Shown piece by piece: positions 12,993-25,871 of a stretch of 64,000 bases of DNA. Source of the DNA: Cyanophora paradoxa CCMP329 (taxonomy: Eukaryota > Plantae > Glaucophyta); contig QPMI01000571.1 in the NCBI GenBank assembly GCA_004431415.1, positions 62,001-126,000 on the forward strand, given 5' to 3'. Positions within the stretch are counted from its first letter, which is position 1; each line of letters begins with the position of its first letter. The notes below the pieces were generated by a model that did not search any database, had not been told where the DNA came from, and was given only the letters and a program-made list of their open reading frames with translations. A program made the position numbers and the translations under genes.

Positions 12993-13612
12993 CTAGGCAG
13001 GCCCGCTGTGTCTTTTTGGCGAGTGCGAGCGCTTTCGAGCTCGTGCGTGTAAATTTTGGATTCCAGCGCATGCGCATTTCGGATGCGAGCGACTCGGCGA
13101 AATGACGGCTTCCCCGGAAATTCTTTCGGCGCAGTCCGCATGGGCCAAGATCATTAAGAGATTTTTAGCTATAGCTAGATCTATTTCCACCCACGGTTGC
13201 CCGCATCACCAGATGCCGCAGTGCGCATCGCTGCGGGGCTGGGCATGATAGGACGCGCTTGTGCGTATACCTCCGTCGACGTGATCATGAGCTGATCGAT
13301 ATCAAGACTCATGATCAGTCACAATATTGATTAGCTCGAGCTCTGCGCATCATGGCATGCGTATGCATGCGCAGCTGATCGTGGTCATATGCATGATCGA
13401 TATCCGATAATCGTCAGTTCTGACGCCGACGGTGACCATGCATACCCAGCCGAATCTCGAGCTTCATGCCCAGCTATGCATGCCCATGCTCGAGCTTTTC
13501 CGCCAAAGTTGAAGCTCGAAGCCGAAGGTCTCCCCCCCCGCCCCCCCTCCCCCCTCCCCCCCTCCCGCCCCCATGCGCCCCGCCCCGCGCGGCATGCAGC
13601 GCTGCCGTCCCA

Positions 13613-15737
13613 TCAGGCTTCAGTTCTCAGGACGTGGGCCCGGACGGCAACATTGGGGTGGAGGGGCAGCCAGCCCCCAACGAGGCCGCGGGCGACCTCG
13701 CGGAGGCCCTGGTCGGGCACCGTCACGTCGATCCTGAAGCGGGGCTCGGGCAGAGGGGCGAGGGCCCTCGGTTTCCCCCGCGCCCCGGCCGCGGCCAGCA
13801 CTGGGGCGCGCGAGAGAACCTGCCGGGGAGATCAAATCAGAGGGGGAGGCAGGGCCAGAAGCTTCAATCTTCGATTCATGTTTCCGCCTCGAGAGGGGGG
13901 GTACCTGGAAGGGCAGGAGGTCGGCGATGGAGGCGGCGACGCAGCGCACGCTCACGTCGGCGCGCGGGGGGCAGGCGAGGACCGCCTCCAGCTCCTCCTC
14001 GGCGGCGGGGCGCTGGAGCACTAGCTCCAGCTGCTGGAGCGAGGCGGCCGCGGCGCGGAGCAGCTCCGCCAGCGCCGCCGGGTCCGGGTCCGGCACTGCG
14101 AGGGCCCCCGGGCGGTCAGCAAACCTCACGCGGAGAGCGAAGCGATGCTTGAGACAAGCTCAAGACAAGCTTTTAAGCTTAGATGAGTTTAAGACAAGCT
14201 CACAGCTTGATGAGACGAGCTAGCCTAGTCTGCAACTTAAGCTTAGCAGGCCCGGGGGCGCACGGGAGATCGCGAGGCGGATCGACGCCGCCTGGAGGGA
14301 GCGCGCGGAGCGGAGGGCCTGGGCCAGGCCCCGGAGCAGGTCGGCGCCGGGCAGGTCCACGTCGGAGTGGGCCTTCACGTGTGCATGGAGGGAGCGAAGT
14401 TTCGGGGGGTACCCCAGGAGGGCGGCCTCCTCTTGCGTCACGTGCCCGGGTACGACCTGAGCCGGGGGGGGGGATCAGGCTCGGGTGGGCTCAGGCGGCT
14501 CAGGTGAGCGGACCAGGACGCCCTCGAGGCGCTCGAGGTTCGGGAGGCGCGGCAGGGCGCGCAGGTCGTCGGAGCGGAGCTCGCTCGAGCGGGCGGGGCT
14601 GGGGTCGAGCGCGCCATCGAACCGGAGGCTCCGGAGCGTCCCCGCCGCGCGCCCCGCGGCCAGGCGCGCGACGGCACCGGCGAAGGGCGTTTGGAGGCTC
14701 GCCAGGCAGAGGTGGAGGCGCTCGAGGGGCAGAGCGGCGAGGGCCCGCACGGCCTCGACGTCGCTCGGCTCGCACCGGACGCTGGCGAGCTGCGGGCAGC
14801 ACCCGGCGATGACCGCCGCCGCCGCCTCCGTCATCTCCCAGAAGCCCGCCGCGAGATCTGCGGAGGCGCCGGCGCGCGTGCGCGTAAGCACAGCACAGAT
14901 CGCGCGCCCTGCACGGGCGAGCTCACCGAGCTCGAGGGCGCGCAGCTTGGAGAACGGGGCCAGGAAGGTGCGCAGGGCGCCGGCGTCCGGTGCCCAGGGA
15001 AGCCACCCGCCGTTCATGATTTGCTGCTCTTGCGGCGCCCAGAGGGTGAACTTCAACTCTTCCAGCGGGCTCTTCCCCGAGGCTGCTGGCGACGCTGCAC
15101 GGGCAGGACGCATGGCCGCCAGAGCGCTGAAGACGAAGGACTGCATGAGGTTGCTGCTGGCTGAAGCCGGGAAGCACTCGTCGAGGACCCTGCTGGGGAC
15201 GTCGCCGAAGTCGAGGCAGATACTGACGGTGCGCCGCTGCCGGGGCGTCGGGCCATGCGATTGCGCCGCGTCGGACGGCGCATCGGCGGACGGAGCGACG
15301 GCGGCGAGCGCGCCGCAAGCGGCACCCAACAGCCCGAACGCGAGCTCGCGCGAGCGCGTAGCCTCCTCCTCGTCGACAAGCACCTCGCCTTCGAAATCGT
15401 CGACTTCTTCCAATTCGATTTCGTTGCCTTCCGCATCCGTCGCGTCGGGGAGCGGCGGTCTAATGTGGATTTCGACAGAGCGCAGGTGCCGGCTGATGTC
15501 TTGCTTCTTCGCGTACTCCCGGAAGGAGTTCACACGGCTGATCGACTTGCGGTCGGAAAGGCGCGGGAGCGCGACGCTGTCGCACTCCGCCCGCGACGCC
15601 GCCGCGCGCCATAGCTTGCTGACACGCCGAAGCCGCAAGGTATCCTGGAGCGGAACGTACGACAATATGCGGGTAACAAGCTCGACCGGCAGGCGCGAGA
15701 TGCCGACGGACTCTTGTTCAGGCTGGGACGTCGACAT
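13613..15737 (-). CDS. F-box protein with degenerate LRR-like C-terminal region
   Basis: N-terminal F-box motif ISRLPVELVTRILSYVPLQDTLRLRRVSKLWR; Leu-rich repeats LRALEL, CCPQLASVRC, LAALPLERLHL, LPRLPNLERLEG; last exon ends ...HVLRTEA-stop at 13613. Confidence 0.8.
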
Positions 15738-15904
15738 CGCGCGCTTAAGCACGGCACTTTCTAGATCTGAATCCGGAGCGCTGGGTCAGCTGCGGGACGA
15801 CCTGTACCCCTCCTGCCGCCGCCAGCGCCCCGCCGCCGGGCCCGCCGGCTCACCGCCTTCTTCTAAGGACTATCGCGGTCACGCTGTCGGCACAACGCTA
15901 GCCG

Positions 15905-17139
15905 ATGAGCCCGCAGCTGAAGACGTACGCCGCCGCATTTGGCTTTGCAGCCGCGGCGACGCTGCCGGATCTGCGCGACGCTCGATGGTTTCAGGCGCCG
16001 CGGACGAGCGGCACACGTCCGGTTGCGCCGTGCCGTCGTGCAGGTCAGGCGAGGCGCCGGCGCTCGCCGAGCCGCGTCTTCGCATCTGCCGAAGAGCCTA
16101 GGGAGGAGCCTGCAGCTTCCGACGACTCGCCGGCGTCGCCAAGCAGGGGCGCTCGCTTCCCGAGACGGCGCCTCCTCTCCGTCGCCCCCGCGGCCGCAGC
16201 GATCGGAAGGTGCGCGCTATGGGACACACGCTCCGGAATGTAGAGTCCCGCGCCGATTGCGGCTGCAGCGGCTGCAGCGCCGGCGCGGGGTGCGCGTGCC
16301 ACGGCGGCGCGCTGCGGGGCTTCCTGGCGCGGGCCTTTGCGGACACGTACGACGCGGGGATGGTGGAGTACGAGTCGGCGATGGGCGACCTGCGGCGGCA
16401 GCTGCTCTCCACCGCGCGCGGACGCGTGCTCGAGATCGGCATCGGCACGGGAGCTTCCCTCAGGCGCGCCCCGCCCCCGCCCCCGCCAAGCCCGGCGCGT
16501 CCCGCCAGCGCTCGCGCTCACGCGGGCGCGCAGGTACTACCCCTTCGGACCCGGCGGCGTCGGGTCCGTCGTCGGGGTCGAGCCGAGCGAGTTCATGGTA
16601 CCCCACTGCTTGGAGGCCGCCCGCGGCCTCGGTGCGCCTCCCCGCGTACCCCCCCCCCCGCCCCGCGTACCCCCAAGCGAGCCGTGGCGGGGCCAGGCGT
16701 GGAGGACCGCGTGGAGGTGGTACCCGGCCGCGCCGAGTCGCTCCCCTTCGCCGACGAGAGCTTCGACACGGCCGTCTCGACCCTCGTCCTCTGCAGCGTC
16801 TCGGACCAGGCGCTGGCCCTCGCCGAGCTCCGGCGCGTCCTGAGGCCGGGGGGCCGCCTCCTCCTCCTCGAGCACGTCCTCGCCCCCGCCCGCCGGCCCC
16901 TCCTCCGCGCCGCCCAGACCCTCCTCGACCCCCTCCAGGCCCGCCCCCGCCCCCCTTCCGCCCCCCCCCCCCCTCGAGCCCTTTCGCCGCAGGCGCTGCT
17001 GGCGGACGGGTGCCACCTGAACCGGCGAACAGAGGATGCCCTGCGGGCGGCCGGCTTCGCGGGGGTACAGGCCGAGCTCCTCGAGGCGCCCGTCTTTCCC
17101 CTCATCTCCCCGCACCTCCTCGCCTCCGCCCGCAAGTGA
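15905..17139 (+). CDS. Class I SAM-dependent methyltransferase (Methyltransf_11, METTL7/TMT1-like) with probable plastid transit peptide
   Basis: Motif [68 protein letters not shown]; Ala/Arg/Ser-rich N-terminal extension with early Phe; introns include GC-AG 16464-16533 and 16939-16992. Confidence 0.88.
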
Positions 17140-17964
17140 CCGGCGCCCCGCCGACGGCTGCCGCTTGCCCCCTCCTTGTACCCCCCACCCCTTAGCCCTC
17201 CCCCAGCCCTCCGATTCCCCTCCTCGTACTCCCTGCCCACCCCCTTTCCCTCCGCGCCCCCTGGCCCGCGGCCGCGGCTGACGTACGCCGAAGCCATACC
17301 CCCCTCGAATTGACAAATACTGATGACCATACCGTAGTACTGATCGATCATATACCGATCATAATCATCTTGAGTACGTCTCTCAAAAACAAGTATAAGT
17401 GTATGCATGCGCAAGGCCTTGAGGTTGAAAATCGAAATCGTTTAAAAATCTCGCCGAATCCTCGGCCGTTATTTTTCCCAAGTTAAGGCTAGTAGGAGGC
17501 TAGGATCCGGAGCCGTTATTTTGGGTTTCAAGTGCTGCTACGCTGGTACCGCCGTACCGGTACGTATACCGTAGTACGGCCGCCGGCCGGCGCCGCCGCC
17601 GGCCCGCCGGTCACTGGCAGAGTAATATCAGTGGCTCTCAGGAGTCAGAAGTCACCGGGAGTCAGCCTCAGTCAGGCAGTCCGGAGCGCGGCAGCGCTGA
17701 TAGTAGCCTGATACCAGTGATACCACACTGTAACCACAGTTACCGTCGATCATCAGCTGCGGCAGTGCATGCGCAGTCTGCTCCGACTCTGCAGCAGAGC
17801 AGCGTACGTATACGCGTCCGCGGCCGACGGTCCTGCCTTTCTAGATCGGCGATTGCAAGTTGCACGTCTGCTAGCGCTGATCATGATCGGGTCCCTGCGC
17901 ATGCGGCAGATCTTGTTCGAATTCGTGAGCTTCAGGCCTTCGATTCAGCCGCTGAGCGCGAACC

Positions 17965-18871
17965 ATGGCTTGTGTCGCCCCCACTCATGCCGAATTTCTG
18001 GCCGAGGAGATGGAGTACATCAGCTCCATTCCGATCACGGACGCGCGATCGGAGCGCCGGGTGAAGTATCTCACGTCCACCGCTGCCGAGCACGCTTACG
18101 TGCGTAATTTACTAATTATAACGTATACTTTACATACACGTACGCGCATGCGTCCATCACCGTTTTATAATTACCTAGTTCAGATTGTGCGATATAAGAT
18201 TACAGCCCGCGCCGCACTAATTATAACCATGGCCATGCGAGGACTCGGCAGGACGCCTGCGTCAACAGCGATGCCATGGTGCAGTACAAGCTCTGCGTCT
18301 GCGGACCTCATGATCAGCCTGCGGTCGATTTGACCCCGTATCACAACGCCATCAGCGAGTGGTGCGCCCTGAGTGACGCTTAATTTAATTTGATCATGAT
18401 CATGACGCCGCGAATTGATCATCGCAATCGCAATCCGATGATCGGTCCCGGGCGATGATGGAACAGCGTGGCGACGAACCTGTTCAGCCCGCAGTTCTCC
18501 GACCGCGAGGCAGTGTACTCGTTCTGCACGGAGCAGGCGGCCGCCCTGCTGCCGGGCCCCACCGCGTGGGACGCCTGCGTCGCCGCCGTCGACGCCGAGG
18601 GCAAGTGCGAGTACGAGGGCCGCGTGGCGGAGGCGGACTTGTACGCGGCGGCGGAGCTCGAGGAGGACTTCCTCGCGATCGCCGTGCGCCACTTCGAATT
18701 TAATTCTCAAGCCAACGACCCCGCAGCCAGTGCTCATGATCATGATCACGCGCGTGCTCATATATTTCTCCCTCGCAGGAGGAGGACCTCGAAGCCGACT
18801 ACGACGGCGAGGAGCTCGCGGCTATCGCCGATGAGCTTGCATTTGCCGCCGTCGAGCTCGTCGCCTACTGA
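17965..18871 (+). CDS. Unknown acidic protein or decayed gene within an AT-richer island
   Basis: Exon-like pieces MACVAPTHAEFLAEEMEYISSIP, NLFSPQFSDREAVYSFCTEQAAALLPG...EEDFLAIA, then a GTGCGC..CAG intron to EEDLEADYDGEELAAIADELAFAAVELVAY-stop; middle exon unclear. Confidence 0.4.
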
Positions 18872-19392
18872 TCATAAGCCGATGCCATGATGATCATGAT
18901 CAAGTCTCTGAGAGCTCAGCGGCTCAGCGGATCAAGAGCTTAACGCCGACTTGCTTGCAATTGTACAATTTTAATTTGTGTGCTTAAGCTTGCAATTGGA
19001 ACTTCGGAAAATCAAGCCACGATGATCACGCATATGATCATGACCGTCGGACTTACAACTGCAAACTGCAGCTGCAAATTGAACTATGCAGGCTTGCAAT
19101 TGAGATTGAGATATAGATTTATAGATTTCGAGGGGCGCTGGGGGAGCTTGAAATATTCATTTAATAAACCCTCTCCGAATCCTACGGGCTCGTGCCGAAT
19201 GCTGGGATCCGGAGCACGTTCCACAGTCACTGAGTCAAATCACGAACAACTTCGAATTTTCTGAGTACGGTCGACGACGTCCCGCCCCTCTACTAAATCC
19301 AGGCTTCGTAATTCGAATAAACAAAGCAAGTGACAGTAGAGGCTGAACCCAACTGAGCTAAATTCAGGCTGCGGCGCGGAGGCGGCGGGAGT

Positions 19393-20140
19393 CTAGGCTG
19401 CGGGGCGGAGGAAGCTTAAGCTGGAGTAGCTATAGAGTAGGACGCCGACCTCGCCCTCGACCCGGAGGCGGCCCAGGAGGGGCGCCAGGGCCCCGTACGG
19501 CCGCATCAGGCCGTCGAGCGGGGCGTGCCGGGGGTTCAGCACGATGGCGCAGGGCGGCGGGAGGGCGACCAGGGCGGCCGAGAGGGCGGCCGAGGGCGGG
19601 TGCGAGGCCGCCAGGGCGATCGTCTTCAGAGAGGGTCGCCCTGCGGCGACCAGGCCGGCCAGCGGCGCGTCGTCTTGCTCCCAAAAGTCTGCGGCGGTTC
19701 GTTCGGTCTCGTAAGCTCCTCGGCCCGGGTGGGGGTACGCGGAGAAAGTAGGGGTACCGAGGTCGAGCTGGGCATCGGAGAGGGCGTGCAGGGCGCCGAG
19801 CGCGTCGGCCAGGCCCCAGGCGACTTCGGACGTCGTACCCCACAGCTGCGAATTCGAATTCGAAGCGGGGCTAAGCCTTAAGCTTCCTCTGGACGGGCGC
19901 GGGAGGGGGGTACATGTAAAGAGCACCCGGAGGTGCAGCGAGAGAAGCGCGGGGGCAGCGGCCGAGCGCTGCGACCTCGTCCCGCGTGGTCCCCGCCGCC
20001 AGCTGCGGGGGGTACAGTGGAGGGGGTCGGCGGGATTGGAGGGGGTACGTGCAGCCGAGAGCGGACGGGGCGCTGGCGGAGGCGCTGGGGGCGGGGGGCG
20101 ACGTGGCCGTGGGGTACGACTTCGCGGACGAGCCGGCCCT
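19393..20140 (-). pseudogene. 5'-truncated fragment resembling the Leu-rich C-terminal part of F-box/LRR-like proteins
   Basis: Exon peptides LAAGTTRDEVAALGRCP and LWGTTSEVAWGLADALGALHALSDAQLDL...LAGLVAAGRPSLKTIAL; apparent frameshift near 19950; no room for an N-terminal half before the neighbouring gene's 3' end. Confidence 0.4.
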
Positions 20141-20395
20141 TAAAGCTTGCCGACCGCCACGCCGCCCCGCTCCTCTAGACGCGGCTCTGCGGCGGCTGGC
20201 GCTGGGTCGCCGCGCATGCGGCGCCGCGACGCTCGCGATCGCGGTTTCGAACCGGATATCGATGTACCTTACACTAATCTTTTTTGTTAAGCATAATATA
20301 ACAATCTTTTTACACCTCTTTTTACTGGAATACATGCGCATGTCTACTCTGAGGGCCTAATTCTCCGAACTGCCCAGCGTTAAGGCCTCTGAACT

Positions 20396-22374
20396 TCACA
20401 TGCCCAGGGCGTCGAGGCCGGCCTTGGCGGCGACGACGGCCTGCAGCTCCCCGCGCCCCCCGAACCGCGCCTGAACGATCTGCGGAGGCGCTGGGCTCAG
20501 AAAACCGGGTGTGTTTCGATTCTGAAGCTTAGAGCTCTGACCGTCGCGGAGGACCCCTCGAGGGCGGGTACCACGAGCGTCATCGCGAAGGGGTCCCCCC
20601 GCCCCTCCTCTGCCCCCGGCCCGGGTACGTTAGCCTTGATGGACAGCCTCGGATCCGGAAGGGGACGGACGGACCCTGGTCCGGGTTGCGGGGCGAGATC
20701 GCCGTGGGTGCGTACAGGCGGACGCCGCCGGGTAGGCAGTACTCCGTGTGCGGCCGGCCGGTGTAAGCCGCGTAGTCCTGTACCCCGCTCATGATCAGCT
20801 CAGAGCTCGAAATGTAAACAAGGGGGGGGGGAGGGGGGAAGAACCTGGAGGAAGACGTCGGCGGTGGTTGTGGAGAACCGCAACTTCGCCGTACCCATCT
20901 CCGCGTTGCGAATCTGCGTGCACATGCCCCGACCGGTACCGGTTATGGAATGTGTTGATCAGAGGGGGGGCGGGGGACGGACCTCGGCGGAGGCGGGCCA
21001 GACGAATCTAGAAGAGAAGGTGTCAAGCTTAGGAGAAGAGCGAGGAAGGCGTAGGGGTTTCTGGTACCCGTGGCTGGCGCCGCCCGGAGCGATGAATGCC
21101 GGAGGCTCCTCGGAGGGGGTAGGGGCCGCTCCGGGGAAGACGGGGGATGGCCAGGCGTCTGCGTCCTGCGGGGGTACGGGTTCGAAGGGCGATCGCGAGA
21201 CGAACGCGGCGGGGTACATGCACAGCTACCTCGCGGACGAAGGAAACCCTTTCGAGGGCGCCGCTCGAGTCATATGAGACGACTCCGCCGACGCGGACGC
21301 GCCTTCCGGAGGCCGTCTCCTGCGCGCGGGTTCGAATCCGGGCGGGAACAGGAACGAGGGGTTCGGATCCGGGTTCAAAAGTAAGCACGCGGACCGTCGC
21401 GAGGAGCAGCTCGGCCCCGGAGAAGGGGTGGGACACCCAGGCGCCGGCGCCCGACGGGAGGAAGAGGGGGGTACGGCGGTGAGGGAGGGGAAATGGGGCG
21501 GGCGGGTCACGGCCCTCGTCATGTGCCGTGCCCCCCGGCATATCGACGATATGGGCCCTGCCGCACGATCAGAAGGAAGATGTTCCAGTACGAATTCGAA
21601 AGAAGAGTGCTCGCCACTGCGCCGACTTCCACCCGCCTTCGGAGAAGCTGCGGCGGCGATCATTCAAAACATGCATATGGGTTCGCTTGCACAGAATCCA
21701 AACTCGGGTTCCATACCGGCGCCGCTCAAAGTGGCTCGCGAAGAAGGTGGAGTAAGGGCTCAGGGCGGTGTCCGGGGGGCCTGCAAGCGCAGCTCGATCA
21801 AATTTGGACATACATGAGAGGGGCAGCGAAGACGCGCCCTGAAGGACGATCTCCCGCGTGAGATCGAATGTTTTGGCGACCTCGCCCGACTCTGGACGGT
21901 ACCGCACCGAGCGACCGTGCCATACTAACACTCGGTCAGTTTCAAATCGTTAGCGCGAGCGAGCAGCACGCTTAGCGGACCTCCGGAGTGATGGCGGCCG
22001 ATGTTGTCCAGGTTCTTGACCTCTCCCGGCAGCGCGTTGACGTCCAGCCCGTACGCGCGAGCGTCCACGACCGCAGGCGCCGGCGCCTTCCATTGCGAGC
22101 CGCCGCGGAGCCCGTAGGGCGGCCGGGGGCCCCGGAGGGAACGGGGACAAGTGAACGAGAGGAAACCACTGCAACGCGCTCCGGCGAGCGCCGCCGCTTG
22201 ACCGGAGAAAGCGCGCTTCGGGCTCGCGCGACCGCGGCCGCGTGCCGCGATCCAGTCTCCGGCGGCGGCCGAGGGCGGCGCGAGCACGCAAACACGCGGC
22301 TTTGATCCGTGACTACGTGAAGGCGGCGGACGCGGCTGCGCGGGCAAGGCGGGTGCTGTGGCGAACGCGGCCAT
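20396..22374 (-). CDS. DUF3598 / BFA1-like calycin-type beta-barrel protein, plastid-targeted
   Basis: Presequence MAAFATAPALPAQPRPPPS; family-like motifs GVWHGRSVRYRPESGEV, RRVRVGGVVSYDSSGALERVSFVRE, LPGGVRLYAPTAI, last exon IVQARFGGRGELQAVVAAKAGLDALGM-stop at 20396. Confidence 0.65.
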
Positions 22375-22409
22375 GTTGTCTCTTCAGGCGAAAGGTAAGT
22401 TTGATGCGT

Positions 22410-22511
22410 GCTGACGCAAGGCGCTAGGGCGCTGTGCTGACGCTGGCTACAGCTGACGCTGGCTATAGCTGACGCTGGGCAAGTGCGATCGCTGGAGAGT
22501 GCTGACGCTGG
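22410..22511. promoter_or_regulatory. Cluster of five GCTGACGC motifs just upstream of the DUF3598 gene
   Basis: GCTGACGC at 22410, 22436, 22452, 22468 and 22501; the central three have a 16-bp period. Confidence 0.35.
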
Positions 22512-22727
22512 TGGCTGCGGGCCTGCGACACCTCTGCGGCGATCTTGTCTTCAAAATTCGAGCCGGGTACGAGTTGCTTCGAAAATGATTCGGCAATAGC
22601 TTCGAACTTGCACTATTAGTGATCATAACAGATGACAGATGCGATCTAATGCATTCAGTTCAATTCGATCTCGTGCAGCGAACTAAAGCGGCAGTAGAGC
22701 CTCGCATTCGAGAATTCGAAGTTATAG

Positions 22728-25700
22728 CTACGCCCGGTCCTCGGCAGCCCCGCCCACCCCCTCGGGCCGGGATTCCGCCGCGGCAAGCGGCGGCGCGGCG
22801 GCCGGCGCGAGCGCCTGCTGGGACGCCTGGGATGGGGCCGCCTCGTCGGCCGCGGGGGGCGTCGGCGGGGGCGTGCGCTCCGCCGGGGTGGGCACTGCCA
22901 CCGGGGGCGTCGGGGGAGGGGAGGCCACCACCGGCGCGGGCTGCGGCTGCGGCCGGGGCGAGGTGGGGGACTCTGGCGGGGCGATCGGGGCAGGGGCGGG
23001 GGCCCCGCGGCAGCCTGGGCGGGGGCTGGGGGCCAGACGGGTGCGGGGCCAGGGCCTGCGCCGGGCGCGGGGGCGTCTGGGGCGGAGGAAGGGGCCCGGG
23101 CTGATGCGGGGCCCGCCGGGGCCCGGGGGCGGCGGGAGGGCGGGTACGGGGAGACGGAGTGGCCGGCCGCGAAGGGCGGGGGAGGGGGATGGAGGGGACG
23201 CGGGAGGCGGTGGTGTGGGGGGCCCGGGGGGAGACGGGCGGGGCGAAGGGAACGGGGGCGGGGGAGGTGGAGGGGGAGGAGTCGTGGGGCGGGGTGGCGG
23301 AGACGCGCGGGTACCGGTATCGGTGGCGGGGGGCTCTGCAGGGGCGAGTTGGGCCCGGCGGAGGCGCGGGCGGCGCGGCGGGCGGCCGACTCCGGCAGGA
23401 CGGCGCGGCGGACGCGCAGCGTGGCCGCCGCAGCGACGACGTTCTTCGAGGGCGAGCCGGGCGGCCCGCCGCCGCCCTCCTCGGCGCCGGCGCCGGCGGC
23501 GGTGCCCAGGCTCGCGCTGGCGCCGCCCGTCGAGACGCGGACGACGCCGGAGGGGCCGGCGGGGCGGCGGGAGGGGACGGCGCCGGCCAGGGAGGATATG
23601 GAGGTGAGGGAGGCGCTGGCGACGAGGCCCGAGCTCCGCGAGAGGGTCACGGAGAAGGTCGGGCGGAGCGGCCGCGCCGCCGGCGCCGCCGAGCGCCCCG
23701 GGCCCGGCGGGGCCCGCGGCGCCGCCGCCGTTGTCGCCGCCGCCGCGGGAGGGGCGGAGGGAGACGGGCCCGAACCCGAGGCCGGGGCCGAGGCCGGCGG
23801 GCGCTGCGGGAGGCGACCGGCGGGGATGTGCCCGGGCCGGGGCGCCGGGGCGGCGGCGGCGAAGGGCGCGAGCAGCGGGCTGCGGGTGCCCAGCAGGGAC
23901 TCCAGGCCCCGCCCGACGGCCGGCATGACGCTGCCGAGCACGCCCGTCGCGAGGCTCTGCAGGACGGAGCCGGCGGTGGCGGCCTCGACGGCGCGGCGGG
24001 CGGCCGAGGGCGGGATGGCCTCGGCTCCGGGCGGCGCGTTCTCGTCCTCCTCGCCCTCCTCCGGCAGCTCGGCCGCCTCCTCCAGGCTGTACTCCATCAT
24101 CTCCTCCAGCGAGCCAGGCGCCCGCCCCAGCGCGCCCTCTGAAACAAAGAAGACTGAGACGGAGAGAGAGGAAGAGATGGCGCGGCCGGGGAAGGGGGCA
24201 CCGATGCAGCGGCGGGTGAGGGCGAGGACGCGCGGAAAGTCTAGGTACGTCGCCCCCGTCCGCACCTGCCGCCGCGAGGCTGAGCTGAGCCAGGCGCGCA
24301 CACACAACTGAGGGCGGGGCGCACCCAGATGCGGTCGAGGACCTGGAAGGCCAGGCAGTAGAGCTCCTCGAAGGCGGAGGGCTGGGGCGGGGGCCGTGAG
24401 CCGAAGCCAAGGCGGAAGAGGAGAAGGTCGCCTGTCACCTGGTCGTAGAGGTGGCAGAAGAACTTGAAGAGGGGCGTCTCCCACGTCGGCAGGTCCGCCC
24501 CGCCGCCGCCGCCGCCGCCCTGCTGCCCCTGCTGCCCCTGCTGGGCGCCGGGCTTCTCCCCGTTGCCGTTGTTGCCCGCTGGGGGCGCCGGCGCCGGCGA
24601 GGCCGCGTGCGGCTGGACCCCGTCGCCCTTGCCGTGCTTCTGGGGCGCTGCGGGCCCGTCGGGGTCAGCGTCGAACGAACCGCACGCGGGCGGGCGGGCG
24701 GGCGGGCGGGCGGGCTCGCCCGAGTCGAGGTGGAGGATCGACGTGAGCATGCGCGTGATGTTGATCCCGGCCGCCGCGAAGGGGTACCCCCGCTCCGGCT
24801 CCGCCGTCAGGACCTCCCGGACGACGGCGGGGTACCTGGAACCGAACCCGTCAGCGAAGCGGAGCAATCAATCGGGGGCAGCTGTCCGAAGCGCGTACCC
24901 CTCCACGAAGTAGACGAGGTTGTGGAGGCCGAGGAGCCCCATACCCCGGAAGTCGGTCGCGGGGTCCATCCCCTGGAAGCCGAGCTTGGACCACTGGGCC
25001 GAGCGCCGGGCCGTGAGGGCCACCCCGGGGAACGCCGTGCGCCTAATCGGTGAAGTCAGAGGGGCCGCAGAAGGAAGGCTAAGAGGCACCGAGGAAAGCA
25101 AGAAAAGCTCACCAGAGGCGCATTAGGAGGGCCTCATGGTCGGGCCGCTCGGAGCTGTAGGGGACGCGCATGAGCAGCTGGGCCTCCCGCAGGCGCCGCG
25201 CCTGGAAGATCCGGCAGCGGTTGAAGCGCGCCATGTGCGCCCCCAGCAGCTCCATCACCTGTGCGGGGCGGGGCTCGCGAGGCCCGGGCCGGCGCGCAGC
25301 TCAGCGGGGCGCCGCGGACCTCGTGCGGGGCGGAGGTCAGGAACTGGATCTCGCGCCCGTCGCGCCACTCGATGCAGAGGCCCCCGACCTCGGCGCCCTC
25401 GTCCTCCGGAGGCGGCGGCGCCGACGCGGCCTGGGGCGGCGCCAGGTACGAGGGGGACGGGACCTGCAGGCCCAGGCTCGCGGCCGGGCGCGGGAGCGCC
25501 TCCGGCCGGATGCGCTTCACGTCGTCCTGCGCGGGCGCGGGCTCGGACCGGCGGCGGAAGCGGCGGGCGGGGGCAACGGGGAAACGGACGATGTAGTGGA
25601 GGGACTTGGTGAGGCGGCCGTGCGCGATGAGGAGCTCGTTCTCGACCGGCGGCTCGCCGTAGTGGCCCGCGATGTCCGAGTCGGATAGAACGCGCGGCAG

Positions 25701-25837
25701 CAGCGTCGAGGCGAGCGCCCGCACTTTGCCCTGCAGGTCCTCCCGCGCCTTCTGCAGCGCCCCGACCTTGTACAGCACGATCTGCGAGTTCGGCGTGATC
25801 TCCAGGACCAGCGGCTGCGCGGGCACGCCTCAGCCGC

Positions 25838-25871
<34 letters not shown>

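Noticed and set aside
22655-23400. Overlapping Pro-rich ORFs at the ELMO gene 3' end as dual coding
   Set aside because: Extreme GC keeps several frames open; an unresolved intron or indel explains the frame change
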